A DNA stretch of 64,000 bases, taken from an uncultured Chloroflexia bacterium. GTDB lineage: Bacteria; Chloroflexota; Anaerolineae; Anaerolineales; Anaerolineaceae. Position 1 is the first letter of the stretch. Each line of letters begins with the position of its first letter. The stretch spans positions 192,156-256,155 of the forward strand of contig CAWJKU010000003.1 in the NCBI GenBank assembly GCA_963843535.1. The letters are read 5' to 3'. Of the stretch, positions 38,773 through 48,828 are shown one piece after another. The position numbers and the translations under genes are program-made. A model generated the notes under the pieces. That model made no database searches and was not told where the DNA came from. It saw nothing but the letters and a program-made list of their open reading frames with translations.

Positions 38773-40437
38773 TCAAATCTGCGGGTTACCGGTGGGTGGT
38801 GAATTGCGGGTGACTTCGTGGTAGGCTTCGAGTACATCCAAAATTCGCTGGCGTTCAGCATCCGCTTCGCGCCGCCGGTCTCGGTCTGCCTGAGTGGCAA
38901 TCCGGCGAAATAAATCACGCTGAACTTCCGATGGGTTATATACATTGTCGAACGAAAAACGCGTATCGCCAATCCGGATATACACCGTTCCATAGTTCAG
39001 GATTAATCCAATGATGCCTAACCTTTCAAATTCCACACTCTGGATGGATTTTAAAGGAGCCACCCGCTTCTCTTCCTGTCCCAGCGGTCGTTTATACACA
39101 TCGATGATCTGTTCATCACTCACAATATATTGATCGTTGACCCAATCTTCAAACTGGTACCACAACCAGAAAGCAGCGATCAAGACCAGGACCAGCCAGA
39201 TCGGCCAGAAAGCCAGGCCGCTTAGAAAATTGAGCCGTCTCATGAGAAATAGCACCGCCAAAACCAGGACGGCGATCATTGCCAGCCCGGGTAAAAAAAC
39301 CTTGCGCAGCATGATCAACCAATGGGTGCGGTAAGTGATCACACCATTCTTCTCCGTCCTCATCCTGAAAAAATTTGCGAGACGTTCGCCCATAGAGATG
39401 CGGGGCGTTTCCTGTGTCAGGATGCGCTGCACGCCAGGGGTTGGTCCGGCCAGACCCAGCCGCTGGCGCACCTGGGTTTGTATGGTTTGCTTTTCCTGCT
39501 GAAGGGAGGTTTCACGGGCGCGCATCCGGCGATCATCGACCAGCATGCGAACCGTATCCTTTTGGGGAATGTTAGGGAAAAGCAGCGTCCCGGTATAGGT
39601 TTTCATCACCACGTCCCCATACCCAAGGATGCGCCCGATTTGGCTGGAATCAAGCGAGGTCGCCAGGATTGCATCCAACGGGGTTTCTAAACGGCTGTCG
39701 TATAACAGCACCACCCTCTCCTGAAAAACAGCCCGCTGGTTGGTCAAAATCGCATAATCGTTGGACCAATCGACGTAATTCCAGATCGCCCACAATCCAC
39801 CGATTACAGCGACCAGACCCGCCACCACTCCCGCCAGGATCATCCCTGCTGAATTCAAAACAATCAAAGCTAATAAAATTGCCATCCCGAAACCAAACAA
39901 GATCACCGGAATAACTAACCGGTAAATCAAGAAAACGAAACTGCGGCGCGACATGAAGATGACCGCTTCATCCGGATTGCGCCACGGAAGATCGACTTTT
40001 AGAAACAGCTTCAGGCTGGACAACATGAGCATCAAAACATCGTAAGGAAGCGCGTTGGCTTCAAAATAAGGATCCAGAAATTCCAGGGGGAAGCGAGCAA
40101 TTCTTATCTGGCCTAAAGCAACCGCATTTTCGGTATATTTGCTTTCATCTTCCAGAGCTTCCAGGCCAAATACGTCCCCAGGTTCCAGATTGCCCAGGCT
40201 TATTTCCCCCGCGTCCTCATCTTCTTCATCCAGCATCCAATATAAGTGCACTTCGCCCGAGAGGATCAGGTTAAGTGAGGCGGCTTCATCATGTTCACGA
40301 TAAATAATTTTTCCGTCTTCAATCTCTTCGACCACCGCGGCGGCGGCAATTTCCTCTTTTTGCTGGTCGGTAAAAAGCTTGAGCGGGTAAGTTTTATTCA
40401 GTACACTCAGAATGCGAGCACTTTGATCGTCCATCAC
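38773..40437 (-). CDS. Membrane protein: N-terminal cyclic-nucleotide-binding-like domain plus two YdbT-like (bPH/DUF304) TM-flanked modules
   Basis: 554 aa. The N-terminal 130 aa has a cNMP-binding beta-barrel pattern (GKIIYREHDEA..LNLILSGEV...GDVFGLEAL). Two repeats of a TM pair followed by a W..Y.DW.ND.Y.. segment. Confidence 0.65.
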   Translation of the reverse strand: MMDDQSARILSVLNKTYPLKLFTDQQKEEIAAAAVVEEIEDGKIIYREHDEAASLNLILSGEVHLYWMLDEEDEDAGEISLGNLEPGDVFGLEALEDESKYTENAVALGQIRIARFPLEFLDPYFEANALPYDVLMLMLSSLKLFLKVDLPWRNPDEAVIFMSRRSFVFLIYRLVIPVILFGFGMAILLALIVLNSAGMILAGVVAGLVAVIGGLWAIWNYVDWSNDYAILTNQRAVFQERVVLLYDSRLETPLDAILATSLDSSQIGRILGYGDVVMKTYTGTLLFPNIPQKDTVRMLVDDRRMRARETSLQQEKQTIQTQVRQRLGLAGPTPGVQRILTQETPRISMGERLANFFRMRTEKNGVITYRTHWLIMLRKVFLPGLAMIAVLVLAVLFLMRRLNFLSGLAFWPIWLVLVLIAAFWLWYQFEDWVNDQYIVSDEQIIDVYKRPLGQEEKRVAPLKSIQSVEFERLGIIGLILNYGTVYIRIGDTRFSFDNVYNPSEVQRDLFRRIATQADRDRRREADAERQRILDVLEAYHEVTRNSPPTGNPQI

Positions 40438-40470
40438 AATTTAGTATAACTCAACCGTGGAATTAAATAG

Positions 40471-40504
40471 AGCGTTCGGCAGGCATATTTACCTGCCGAA
40501 CGCT
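40471..40504 (-). terminator. Predicted terminator after clpC
   Basis: Perfect 13-bp stem agcgttcggcagg/cctgccgaacgct with an 8-nt loop, 15 nt after the clpC stop. The downstream tract on the minus strand is only moderately T-rich. Confidence 0.5.
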
Positions 40505-40518
40505 GATCGTAAAAAGAT

Positions 40519-42981
40519 TCAGGCCTCTTGCTTGTCCTTACCGTCTTCAGCCTTTCGAAAAACCAGCTCTTTCTTTTCCGGATCCAGATCCACAATCACG
40601 GTATCCCCGTCTGTAAATTGGCCTGAAAGCAAGCTGATGGATAAGGGGCTCTCGACATGTTTTTGTAGAGCCCTGCGTAGTGGACGGGCGCCGAATACCA
40701 GATCAAAACCCTGTTCTGCCAGCCAATCGCGGGCTGTATCGGTCAGAGACACATCCAACCCATGTTCTTGCAAGCGTCCAGACACCTCTTTCATTTGCAA
40801 GACCACGATTTCCTTCATCTGCTCTAACTGCAGGGGTGAGAAAGTAATAATTTCATCGATCCGGTTGAGAAATTCAGGCCGGAAAGTGGCCTTTAGCGCT
40901 TTGTAAATCTTATCATGCGCCTGCCGGTCTTCCTCCGATGCGGCATTTTGCAGGAAACCAAGCGTCCCACCCCGGCTGACAAACTCGGTGCCCACATTGC
41001 TGGTCATGATCAATACCGTGTTGCGGAAGTCGACCACGCGCCCCTGGCCGTCCGTCAGCCGGCCGTCATCCAGGATTTGCAGTAGAGCATTCCACACTTC
41101 AGGGTGTGCTTTTTCGATTTCATCAAACAAGATCACCCGGTACGGACGCCGCCGAACTGCCTCGGTCAGCTGCCCGCCTTCTTCGTACCCAACGTATCCT
41201 GGAGGTGCCCCAAACAGGCGGCTGGCGGTATGCTGCTCGCGGTACTCAGACATATCCAGCCTGACCATGGCTTCCTCATCGCCGAACATAAATTCAGCCA
41301 GGGCTTTTGCCAACTCTGTCTTACCCACGCCAGAAGGCCCGATAAAGATAAAGGACCCAATCGGCCGGCGCGGGTCTTTCAAGCCGGACCGGGCGCGGCG
41401 GATTGCATCTGCGATAGCGTGGATCGCCTCTTCTTGCCCAATGATCCGTTCGTGCAGGCGCTCTTCCATGTGAAGCAGTTTCTCCTGCTCGGTTTCCATC
41501 ATCTGATTAACCGGGATGCCGGTCCACTGCTCTACCACCTCGGCAATATCGTTGACATCGACCTGTTCGTCCAGTTTATATTTCTCTTCCCAGTCCACAC
41601 GCTGTTCATTGAACATTGTTTCAAGACGCAGCCGTTCGGCCTTTTTGTTCGCGGCGCGCTCATAATCCCGCGCCATGCTGGACTGCTCTTCCTCGGCCTG
41701 TAAACGCTCGATTTCACTTTTCATGCGTTTCAATTCGGGCGGCAGCGAATACAGCGCGACCCTGAGCTTGGCGGCCGCTTCATCCATCAAATCGATGGCT
41801 TTGTCCGGCAGCCGGCGGTCGGTCACGTAACGGGTCGAGAGGCGGGCGGCAGCCACCAGTGCGTCATGGGTAAAACTGACTTTGTGATGCGCCTCATAAC
41901 GATCCTTGAGGCCTTCCAGCATCTTGATTGTATCTTCTACGTTCGGTTCATCCACGTAAACCGGAGCGAAGCGCCGTTCGAGCGCGGCGTCTTTCTCAAT
42001 ATGCTTGTGATATTCGTCCAGGGTTGTTGCGCCCACGCACTGCAATTCGCCGCGCGCCAGGGCTGGTTTCAACATATTCGAAGCATCCATCGCGCCCTGG
42101 GCCGCACCTGCGCCAATCACAGTATGCAGCTCATCTATAAACAGGATGATTTCACCTTCGGCACGCTGGACTTCTTCAATCGCTGCTTTCAATCGCTCTT
42201 CGAATTCGCCGCGAAACCGCGAGCCGGCGATCATCGCCCCTAAATCCAGGGCAACGACGCGCTTGCCCATTAAAATTTCCGGCACATCATTGGCAGCGAT
42301 TTTTTGGGCCAGGCCTTCTACGATCGCCGTCTTGCCTACCCCGGCTTCGCCGATCAGAACCGGGTTGTTCTTGGTGCGCCGTGAAAGAATCTGCATCACC
42401 CTCAGGATTTCTGTCTCGCGGCCAATCACCGGATCCAGTTTTCCTTCACGCGCCAGCTGGGTCATATCTCGAGAATATTTTTCAAGCATACGGTAGCGCG
42501 TTTCGGCCTGGGGGTCGGTCACCCGCTGCCCGCCGCGCAGCTGCATCACTGCGTCATACACCCGTTCGCGGGTCAACCCGGCGTTTTCTAGCACGCGGGC
42601 AGCCGGAGTATTGCGTTCGCTTAAAATTGCCAGAAAAATATGTTCGGTCGAGATGTATTCGTCTTTGAGGCGGCTGGCTTCTTCATTGGCCAGGTCGATA
42701 ATGCGTTTCACACGTGGTGTAATAAAAATTTGCCCTGCGCCGCCCCCAAAAATGCTTGCCTTCGGGCTTGTTCGCAGGGTATAGTCCAGCCGGTCCATGA
42801 GAGTCTGCGCGTCAACCTTTAAAATTTCCAAAATCTGGGGGATCACACCTTGCGGCTGTTCGATTAACGCCAACAAGATATGTTCCGTGTCAATCTGATT
42901 ATGCCCATATCGCTGGATAATTTCAGCGGCTCGCTGCGCGGCTTCCTGGGCTCTTTCAGTAAATCGATCAAATCGCATCAT
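40519..42981 (-). CDS. clpC: Clp/Hsp100 AAA+ chaperone, ClpC-type
   Basis: 820 aa. Clp_N repeats, two Walker A sites ([16 protein letters not shown]), a short UVR-like middle domain, and a GTLGF ClpP-docking-like loop. Confidence 0.85.
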   Translation of the reverse strand: MMRFDRFTERAQEAAQRAAEIIQRYGHNQIDTEHILLALIEQPQGVIPQILEILKVDAQTLMDRLDYTLRTSPKASIFGGGAGQIFITPRVKRIIDLANEEASRLKDEYISTEHIFLAILSERNTPAARVLENAGLTRERVYDAVMQLRGGQRVTDPQAETRYRMLEKYSRDMTQLAREGKLDPVIGRETEILRVMQILSRRTKNNPVLIGEAGVGKTAIVEGLAQKIAANDVPEILMGKRVVALDLGAMIAGSRFRGEFEERLKAAIEEVQRAEGEIILFIDELHTVIGAGAAQGAMDASNMLKPALARGELQCVGATTLDEYHKHIEKDAALERRFAPVYVDEPNVEDTIKMLEGLKDRYEAHHKVSFTHDALVAAARLSTRYVTDRRLPDKAIDLMDEAAAKLRVALYSLPPELKRMKSEIERLQAEEEQSSMARDYERAANKKAERLRLETMFNEQRVDWEEKYKLDEQVDVNDIAEVVEQWTGIPVNQMMETEQEKLLHMEERLHERIIGQEEAIHAIADAIRRARSGLKDPRRPIGSFIFIGPSGVGKTELAKALAEFMFGDEEAMVRLDMSEYREQHTASRLFGAPPGYVGYEEGGQLTEAVRRRPYRVILFDEIEKAHPEVWNALLQILDDGRLTDGQGRVVDFRNTVLIMTSNVGTEFVSRGGTLGFLQNAASEEDRQAHDKIYKALKATFRPEFLNRIDEIITFSPLQLEQMKEIVVLQMKEVSGRLQEHGLDVSLTDTARDWLAEQGFDLVFGARPLRRALQKHVESPLSISLLSGQFTDGDTVIVDLDPEKKELVFRKAEDGKDKQEA

Positions 42982-43119
42982 AAAAAACCATCCTTTTAAC
43001 CGCTTTGCGTGCAGGCATTATAGCATCGCGTATATTACTGAACCATCTGTAAAATATAAGAGATATGTTAGAGTCTTGCACCATTCTCCTTCTCTCAATT
43101 TTACCGGGTTTAAGGCAAT

Positions 43120-44148
43120 ATGCAAGCTGAAAATCTGGATTTGAATCCGGTGTACAATAAACTGGTGCCTGCATCCAATCTCACCGGTCATATCCGCGCC
43201 GTCGACCCAGCACACGATCTGGAAAAAATCGCAGACCTGATTGAGCTGTGTTTTGCGCAGCAGATGGATGACGACGGGCGTGATTATTTGCGCCATATCC
43301 GGCGGGCTGCGCGCGATGCAAACTTCCAGCGTTGGGCGCGCGGATCCAATGAGCAGGTGCCTGTCCCACTGTTTGGCTATGTGTGGGAAGAAAATGGGGC
43401 GATCGTCGGCAACCTGACCTTGATCCCCTTCCAACGGGGCGGCGTCTGGCGTTATCTGGCAGCCAACATCGCCACCCACCCCGATTACCGGGGAAAAGGC
43501 ATTGCCTACCAGCTTACCCAAACAGCGATCGAACACGTTCGCTACCACAAAGCATCAGCCATCTGGCTGCAGGTGCGCGACGACAACCCCATCGCTCATC
43601 ATTTATACCTGACCCTTGGCTTTGTCGAGCGCTCCAGGCGCACCACCTGGGAAGTAAGTGAACCTCCCCCACCCCTTCTATCGCTTGATGATCACCAAAT
43701 CACCGCGCGCAGAAAGATCGAATGGCCATTGGAAGAGAAATGGCTGCAAAATATTTACCCTCCAGAAGTGTCGTGGAACCTGAATTTTAGGATTGAAAGA
43801 TATGCGCCGGGACTCTTTCGCAACCTGACGCGTTTATTTTATAGCGACCATATCGAACAATGGGCCGTTCATCGCGATCATGTGCTGCTGGGCGTAAGCA
43901 TTTGGGACGCGGGTGTATATAATGCTGAAACCGTTTGGGTTGCGCCGAACCCCACCTGTGAAGACGAATCACTGTGCGCCTTGCTGACTCTGCTGCGCCG
44001 TGAAGTCCTGGCTCCGCGCCCAATGATGATCAATTACCCCGCCGGCAGAGGCAGCAGGGCATTTTTAGAGGCCGGCTTCACCATCCATAATACATTGATC
44101 TGGATGGAGATAAACTTTGACCAGGAAGCGCAACTTAAAGCGACCTGA
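43120..44148 (+). CDS. GNAT family N-acetyltransferase with C-terminal extension
   Basis: 342 aa. NIATHPDYRGKGIAYQLTQTAIE...LYLTLGF acetyl-CoA-binding core. Confidence 0.7.
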   Translation: MQAENLDLNPVYNKLVPASNLTGHIRAVDPAHDLEKIADLIELCFAQQMDDDGRDYLRHIRRAARDANFQRWARGSNEQVPVPLFGYVWEENGAIVGNLTLIPFQRGGVWRYLAANIATHPDYRGKGIAYQLTQTAIEHVRYHKASAIWLQVRDDNPIAHHLYLTLGFVERSRRTTWEVSEPPPPLLSLDDHQITARRKIEWPLEEKWLQNIYPPEVSWNLNFRIERYAPGLFRNLTRLFYSDHIEQWAVHRDHVLLGVSIWDAGVYNAETVWVAPNPTCEDESLCALLTLLRREVLAPRPMMINYPAGRGSRAFLEAGFTIHNTLIWMEINFDQEAQLKAT

Positions 44149-44191
44149 AACGTTATATACAATAACGGAATGAAGCTGAAAGGAGAACACG

Positions 44192-44557
44192 ATGAAATTT
44201 ATTCTGCGTTTGATTGTGAATGCGGTTGCAATTTATGTAGCTGTCGCGTTATTGAACGGCAACGGTCTCGTTATGGAAACCACCGGTTGGGTTGCTTTCA
44301 TATGGTTGGCTTTAATTTTCGCAGGCGTCAACGCGCTGATCAAACCCATATTGATGACTTTGGGATGCCCCTTCATCATTCTTACCCTGGGCCTGGGCAC
44401 CTTGCTGATCAATACCCTCATGTTTTATCTCACAGCAGCGATCGGCAACTATTTCAACATCGGCTTTTCGGTAACAACCTTTTGGGGCGCGTTTTTAGGC
44501 TCGATCATCGTCTCCATCGTCAGCGTTATTTTGAACTCGATCCTGCGCGATCGTTAA
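44192..44557 (+). CDS. DUF360 / phage-holin-family-IV-like small membrane protein
   Basis: 121 aa, four hydrophobic segments, MKFILRLIVNAVAIYVA...LIKPIL..L..PFIILTLGL pattern. Confidence 0.65.
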   Translation: MKFILRLIVNAVAIYVAVALLNGNGLVMETTGWVAFIWLALIFAGVNALIKPILMTLGCPFIILTLGLGTLLINTLMFYLTAAIGNYFNIGFSVTTFWGAFLGSIIVSIVSVILNSILRDR

Positions 44558-44591
44558 AAAGATCACCGCATACTGTTTTAAAGGTGTCATT

Positions 44592-44626
44592 AAAAAAACG
44601 CCCCGCGCGTGTATGCGCGCGGGGCG
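44592..44626 (-). terminator. Intrinsic terminator after the GT-C/NHL gene (hairpin shared with the convergent + gene)
   Basis: cgccccgcgcg (44599-44609) / cgcgcggggcg (44616-44626). The A7 on the plus strand gives T7 after the stem on the minus strand. Confidence 0.7.
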
Positions 44627-44637
44627 TCGCTCATTAA

Positions 44638-47600
44638 CTATTGAGGTGAGGATGTCGGCGTGGGCTGCGCATCCTGGGGACCGATTTGCGGTTCAGATTG
44701 CGCCGGAGGTTGCACCTGGGATGGCAGCGGCGCCAGGGGCAGGTTGAAATGGATCAAGTGGTTGGTACTTGCGTCACTCACCCACAATCCTCCCAACGGA
44801 TCAATCGCTAATCCGGCGGGCATCACCAATTCCGGAATGTCGCCGATCAATTCAGACCAGCCGCGTAAAAATTGGCCGTCCGAATTAAACTGCAGCACCC
44901 GCCCACTTTCCGGGTCATTGGTGTAAACATACCCGTTTTGGTCCACCGTGATAAAGGGTTTATTATCCAGCGATTGTCCGTACCAGGCACTCACGTCCCA
45001 TTGGCGTAAAGGGGTGAAAATGGTTCCAGCCTCATCCGGTTGGAAAACCTGGATGCGCTGGTTCCATGTGTCGGTGATAAAGATCAGCCCGCTGTTGCTA
45101 AATGCGATCCCCACCGGCTCATCAAACTGGCCAGGGTCAAATCCGGCGCTGCCAAATGAGGTGATTGCTTCTCCATTAGAACCAAAAACAACCACCCGCT
45201 TGTTGCCTGTGTCTACCACAAACACCCGGCCTTTCGCATCCACCGCGATTCCACGCGGCCCCCAGAATGCTTCCGGTTTTTCAGCCTGGCCAAAATATCC
45301 CCACATGGTGACAAACTGGCCGCCCGCTGTGAACTTCTGCACGCGGTGGTTCCACGTATCTGTCACATAGACCGAGCCATCCGGCCCGACAGCAATCCCC
45401 CAGGGCTCATAGAATGTCCCACCGGGGGCTGCTCCCTTCGCAATATCGGCAAAGGTGCCCCAGGTTTGCAGAACCTGTCCATCCGCGGTCAAATGCTGCA
45501 CCCGGTTGTTGCGCGAGTCGGCCACATAAACCGAGCCGTCCTGGGCGACAGCCACCCCACGTGGGGCGGTAAACTGACCGGGATTAACCCCAACCGAACC
45601 GATGATCTGGTCGTAAGCCAGCTTGATCATCCCTTTTTCGTATGGATCTCCTGCTCCACCCTGGGAAATGCTGGGTGAAGCGCCGTAATTCCACATCTGC
45701 GCGATGACATCTTTGCGGATGTAAAGGCGCAGACGGGCAGCCGGGACCCAGGTCTCGAGAGTAAGGTCCTTGTTATTCGTGATCTGGGCATATAGCGTGT
45801 AATCGCGCTTGAACCAGATGTTGAATAAAGCCTGGCGCATATTCGGATCTTTTACCGCATTCCAGATCCGCTCCCATGTCAGGTTGAAATAATCCTGCAT
45901 CGGCCACCACAAACGGGTGTACTCAAAATATACGTAATTATCCTTGACGATCGGCTCGATCTTTCCATAATTCGGATCGCCAACGATAATCACCGGCGCA
46001 TCCCGCACATCCCGACCCGGGTTTTCCGCGAAATATTTCTTGTTTGGATAATCGCGGAAATACCACCAGTATGGGTAAAGTGACTCGTTGTCGTATGCGA
46101 CGACGATATTTTTGCCCATGGTAGTGCGCTTGGAAATTTCCTCAACCTGCGCCAGCACGTCTTTCGGACCCCGGGCGGCATGAGCATAAACCAGGTATTC
46201 CGTTGCCAGGTCGTAGTTAATAAAGGAGGCCATAAATGCAGCGTGGGCAGTTAAGATTCCCAATAATCCAAAAAAGCTCAAAAGGATCAGCCGCGCAATA
46301 TTCCTATACTGCCAGGAAGCCAGCAGGTAAATCAGCCCAATCCCGCTGGCTACGGTTCCTACCAGGCCTAAGAAGAAGTTGCTGGTGGCATTCAGCGCCT
46401 CCAGGCTGTTCCCCGAAAGTGGGGATGGCGAACCGAGCAACGCGATGAAGAATCCGGACGCTGCGGCAATGAATACCGGCAGTAAAAGAATAACCAGCAG
46501 TCCGCGCCTGTGCGCCAGGTCTTTCCAGGGCGTGGTATCCACCAGGTAGCCCAGGCCCCAGCTTGCGGCTAAAATCATAGCAGCCGTGATATGCACGGTG
46601 AGCCAGGGCATTTTTTCGCCCGCCAGTGAGTAGGCAACCAGGCTGGTGAGCGACCAGAATAACAGCAGGGCTAAAACCGGTATCCGGCGAGGCGCTTCAT
46701 CCGGGGTTTCTTCATCACCCACCGCCATCGTGGCGCGCAGCCACCCCGGCAGATGGATTGGTCCGACCGGCTCTTCCCCATGCTGCGCATCCTCCTGATC
46801 CTGGCTTTCATCCGCGGTAACATCCATTTCGCTTGTTTCAACTTGCGCCAGATTACCAGGATCGAACGGCTCTTCGCCAGGCAGCTCCGGCTGGCTGCCT
46901 GGGGCATGACCGGCAACCTGGGTAAATAAGCGGTGGCGCAGGCCAATGACAAATGCCGCCAACGCACCCAGCGCCGGAAGATATTCGTAAATCGGGATTT
47001 GGACCAGTGCGTAATAATAAAGAGGTTGGCTTCCGCGTTGGACGCCTTGCTGTGAAAGCCAATAGCCGAGCGAGGCAATCAGCCCCATAAAAAATCCCTT
47101 ACCGTTGGTAAAAAAGGTGGTAAATAAAATGGTAAAAATGGCAAAAAAGATCGCAGCGGCGCCCAGCCAGAACTTTGGTTTCCACCACAATCCGAGGGCC
47201 ACCCCCAGAACAGTGCAGATCACCAGAAAAATGGATGTCTGTGCCATACCGGTTGGGGTGTAATTCAAAGGATCCCAGCCGAGCATGCGTACCGGGAAAG
47301 CTGCCAATAACGGCAGCGTCAGCGTCCCGGCCAGCATAATCAGGTCGAACGAACGCTGTTTGCGAATGACCGCCCAACCCAGGTTTTTAACCAAAGTATA
47401 CAGGGCATAAACCACAAACACCCCGGCCGCGGCAACCAGGAGAATCTCAACGATTCTGGCAAGAGACATGCCGGTCGGCGCAGCGCCAGGTATTTCACTG
47501 CTCGCATCAAGAGCCGGACCCCCGGCGGTGATCACTGCCACTCCCAATGCTGCGGCCAATAAAGCTACCGCCCCGATGATGCCAAACAGGAATCGGTTGC

Positions 47601-48267
47601 GCGAACCCTGGTGCGTCCACGGCAGGCGCAGGACCTGTTCCAGGAAAACAAACCCCATAAAAAGCATTAATTGCGCGTTATAAATGTATGCGGTGGCTTT
47701 ATCCGTAAAATGCAGCGCCATGACTACTGTAAGCAGGTAAAGCGAGCTTTTCTCCCCTTTTTCCAGGTAGCGCAGTGCGCCGTAGATCATCAGCACGGTC
47801 CATAAGCCGCCGAAAGCTTCATTGCGCGTATAACGCCCGTAGAACAACATAAATGGAGAAATCAGCATCAAAACACCGGCGATGATTGCGCCCCTGCGTC
47901 CAAGAAAACGCCGGTAGCCGATCAGTGCCACCGCTACCGTGGCGATGCTGAATAACACTGCCGGCACACGTGCGCTAAAATCGCTGTCTCCCAATATAAA
48001 ATATGACAGGGCGATCAGGTGAAATTGGAGCGGGCCATGGGTTACCGGATCGTAAGCATAGCCCTGACCCTGGAAAAGGTTATAGGACGGGACGACATGG
48101 TTCACTTCATCGTGACTCATCACCCGCGCATCAACTTCGTAAAAGCGGCTGATCACGGCTGCAATCAAGATCAGGACGATTAACCCGGTTTCAATATTCA
48201 GCTTTGGTAGAAAGGAGGTAAGCGGCTTATCCAGCCAGCCAGATTTATCGGTGATGTTAGATTCCAT
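44638..48267 (-). CDS. Large membrane protein: GT-C (PMT/ArnT-like) glycosyltransferase-like N-terminal region fused to C-terminal NHL-repeat beta-propeller
   Basis: 1209 aa. Many TM helices with a DEVNH.. loop near the N-terminus. C-terminal repeats of the G.A....G.VYV.D..N.R.Q.F type (NHL). Confidence 0.7.
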   Translation of the reverse strand: MESNITDKSGWLDKPLTSFLPKLNIETGLIVLILIAAVISRFYEVDARVMSHDEVNHVVPSYNLFQGQGYAYDPVTHGPLQFHLIALSYFILGDSDFSARVPAVLFSIATVAVALIGYRRFLGRRGAIIAGVLMLISPFMLFYGRYTRNEAFGGLWTVLMIYGALRYLEKGEKSSLYLLTVVMALHFTDKATAYIYNAQLMLFMGFVFLEQVLRLPWTHQGSRNRFLFGIIGAVALLAAALGVAVITAGGPALDASSEIPGAAPTGMSLARIVEILLVAAAGVFVVYALYTLVKNLGWAVIRKQRSFDLIMLAGTLTLPLLAAFPVRMLGWDPLNYTPTGMAQTSIFLVICTVLGVALGLWWKPKFWLGAAAIFFAIFTILFTTFFTNGKGFFMGLIASLGYWLSQQGVQRGSQPLYYYALVQIPIYEYLPALGALAAFVIGLRHRLFTQVAGHAPGSQPELPGEEPFDPGNLAQVETSEMDVTADESQDQEDAQHGEEPVGPIHLPGWLRATMAVGDEETPDEAPRRIPVLALLLFWSLTSLVAYSLAGEKMPWLTVHITAAMILAASWGLGYLVDTTPWKDLAHRRGLLVILLLPVFIAAASGFFIALLGSPSPLSGNSLEALNATSNFFLGLVGTVASGIGLIYLLASWQYRNIARLILLSFFGLLGILTAHAAFMASFINYDLATEYLVYAHAARGPKDVLAQVEEISKRTTMGKNIVVAYDNESLYPYWWYFRDYPNKKYFAENPGRDVRDAPVIIVGDPNYGKIEPIVKDNYVYFEYTRLWWPMQDYFNLTWERIWNAVKDPNMRQALFNIWFKRDYTLYAQITNNKDLTLETWVPAARLRLYIRKDVIAQMWNYGASPSISQGGAGDPYEKGMIKLAYDQIIGSVGVNPGQFTAPRGVAVAQDGSVYVADSRNNRVQHLTADGQVLQTWGTFADIAKGAAPGGTFYEPWGIAVGPDGSVYVTDTWNHRVQKFTAGGQFVTMWGYFGQAEKPEAFWGPRGIAVDAKGRVFVVDTGNKRVVVFGSNGEAITSFGSAGFDPGQFDEPVGIAFSNSGLIFITDTWNQRIQVFQPDEAGTIFTPLRQWDVSAWYGQSLDNKPFITVDQNGYVYTNDPESGRVLQFNSDGQFLRGWSELIGDIPELVMPAGLAIDPLGGLWVSDASTNHLIHFNLPLAPLPSQVQPPAQSEPQIGPQDAQPTPTSSPQ

Positions 48268-48390
48268 AGTCCCTGTTTATCAATGGTATAGAATAGCGTC
48301 ATTATCATTGAAAGTTGATTTTCTGGCAAGGTGTCTGAGTCACCTATCCCCTCAGCCTCCGCGGGGGTACCCATAGGTCAGTTCATCCAA

Positions 48391-48440
48391 AGGGATGAGC
48401 GCCCTTCTCACTCACAGGGAGAAGGGACGGGGATGAGGGT
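48391..48440. repeat. Hairpin plus G-tract motif related to the 28.7-kb element
   Basis: cccttctc (48402-48409) / gagaaggg (48419-48426) followed by acggggatgagggt. agggatgag also precedes the hairpin. Confidence 0.6.
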
Positions 48441-48493
48441 TCGCCTGTTTTTGCGCCAGAATAGAATTGCTTCCCGGCAGGCATATTTCTTTC

Positions 48494-48522
48494 TTGTCAA
48501 TCGATTAAGAGCACGTTATAAT
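48494..48522 (+). promoter_or_regulatory. Predicted promoter of the alaS leader
   Basis: TTGTCA (48494-48499), a 17-nt spacer, then TATAAT (48517-48522). Confidence 0.6.
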
Positions 48523-48528
48523 GAATCC

Positions 48529-48792
48529 AACATCGTTGAAAGGGATCAAGCACTTGCCCGGGGTCCAGAGAGCCGGATTGACTGGTGTGAGACCGGCACC
48601 CCAACAGGCAAGAGTTCGCCGCCCTGGAGGTGCGAGCCGAAAGCCAGATGGCAAGTAGACCTCGCCGGGATCTCCCGTTATCGAGTAGGCCGGTATTTGC
48701 CGGCTGCAGAGGCCTGTTTTGCAAGAAACCGGCAAAAAGAGGTGGTACCACGGGTAATTCTCGTCCTCAGCACAGGCTGAGGATATTTTTTT
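48529..48792 (+). promoter_or_regulatory. T-box riboswitch leader (probable Ala specifier) with terminator
   Basis: AGAGAG (48567-48572), GGTGTGAGA distal motif, GAAA-GCC-A candidate specifier (GCC 48643-48645), T-box core GGTGGTACCACG (48741-48752). Terminator cctcagc/gctgagg (48765-48782) plus T7. Confidence 0.8.
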
Positions 48793-48828
48793 AATCAGCC
48801 GAAAGCCTTGTAGGAATAGGAGGTCGTT

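Noticed and set aside
43018-43548. 176-aa minus-strand ORF overlapping the start of the 43120-44148 GNAT gene
   Set aside because: The plus-strand frame carries a clear acetyl-CoA-binding GNAT core. The antisense frame has no motifs and would run into the clpC promoter region.
44192-44557. A holin-family gene as a possible sign of a prophage or lysis cassette
   Set aside because: No endolysin, spanin, terminase, capsid, integrase or att-like repeats are nearby. DUF360 proteins are common stand-alone chromosomal genes.
44170-44637. 155-aa ORF in an alternative frame over the DUF360 gene
   Set aside because: The 121-aa frame (44192-44557) gives a coherent four-helix membrane protein of a known family. 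The alternative frame is Arg/His/Cys-rich with no features.
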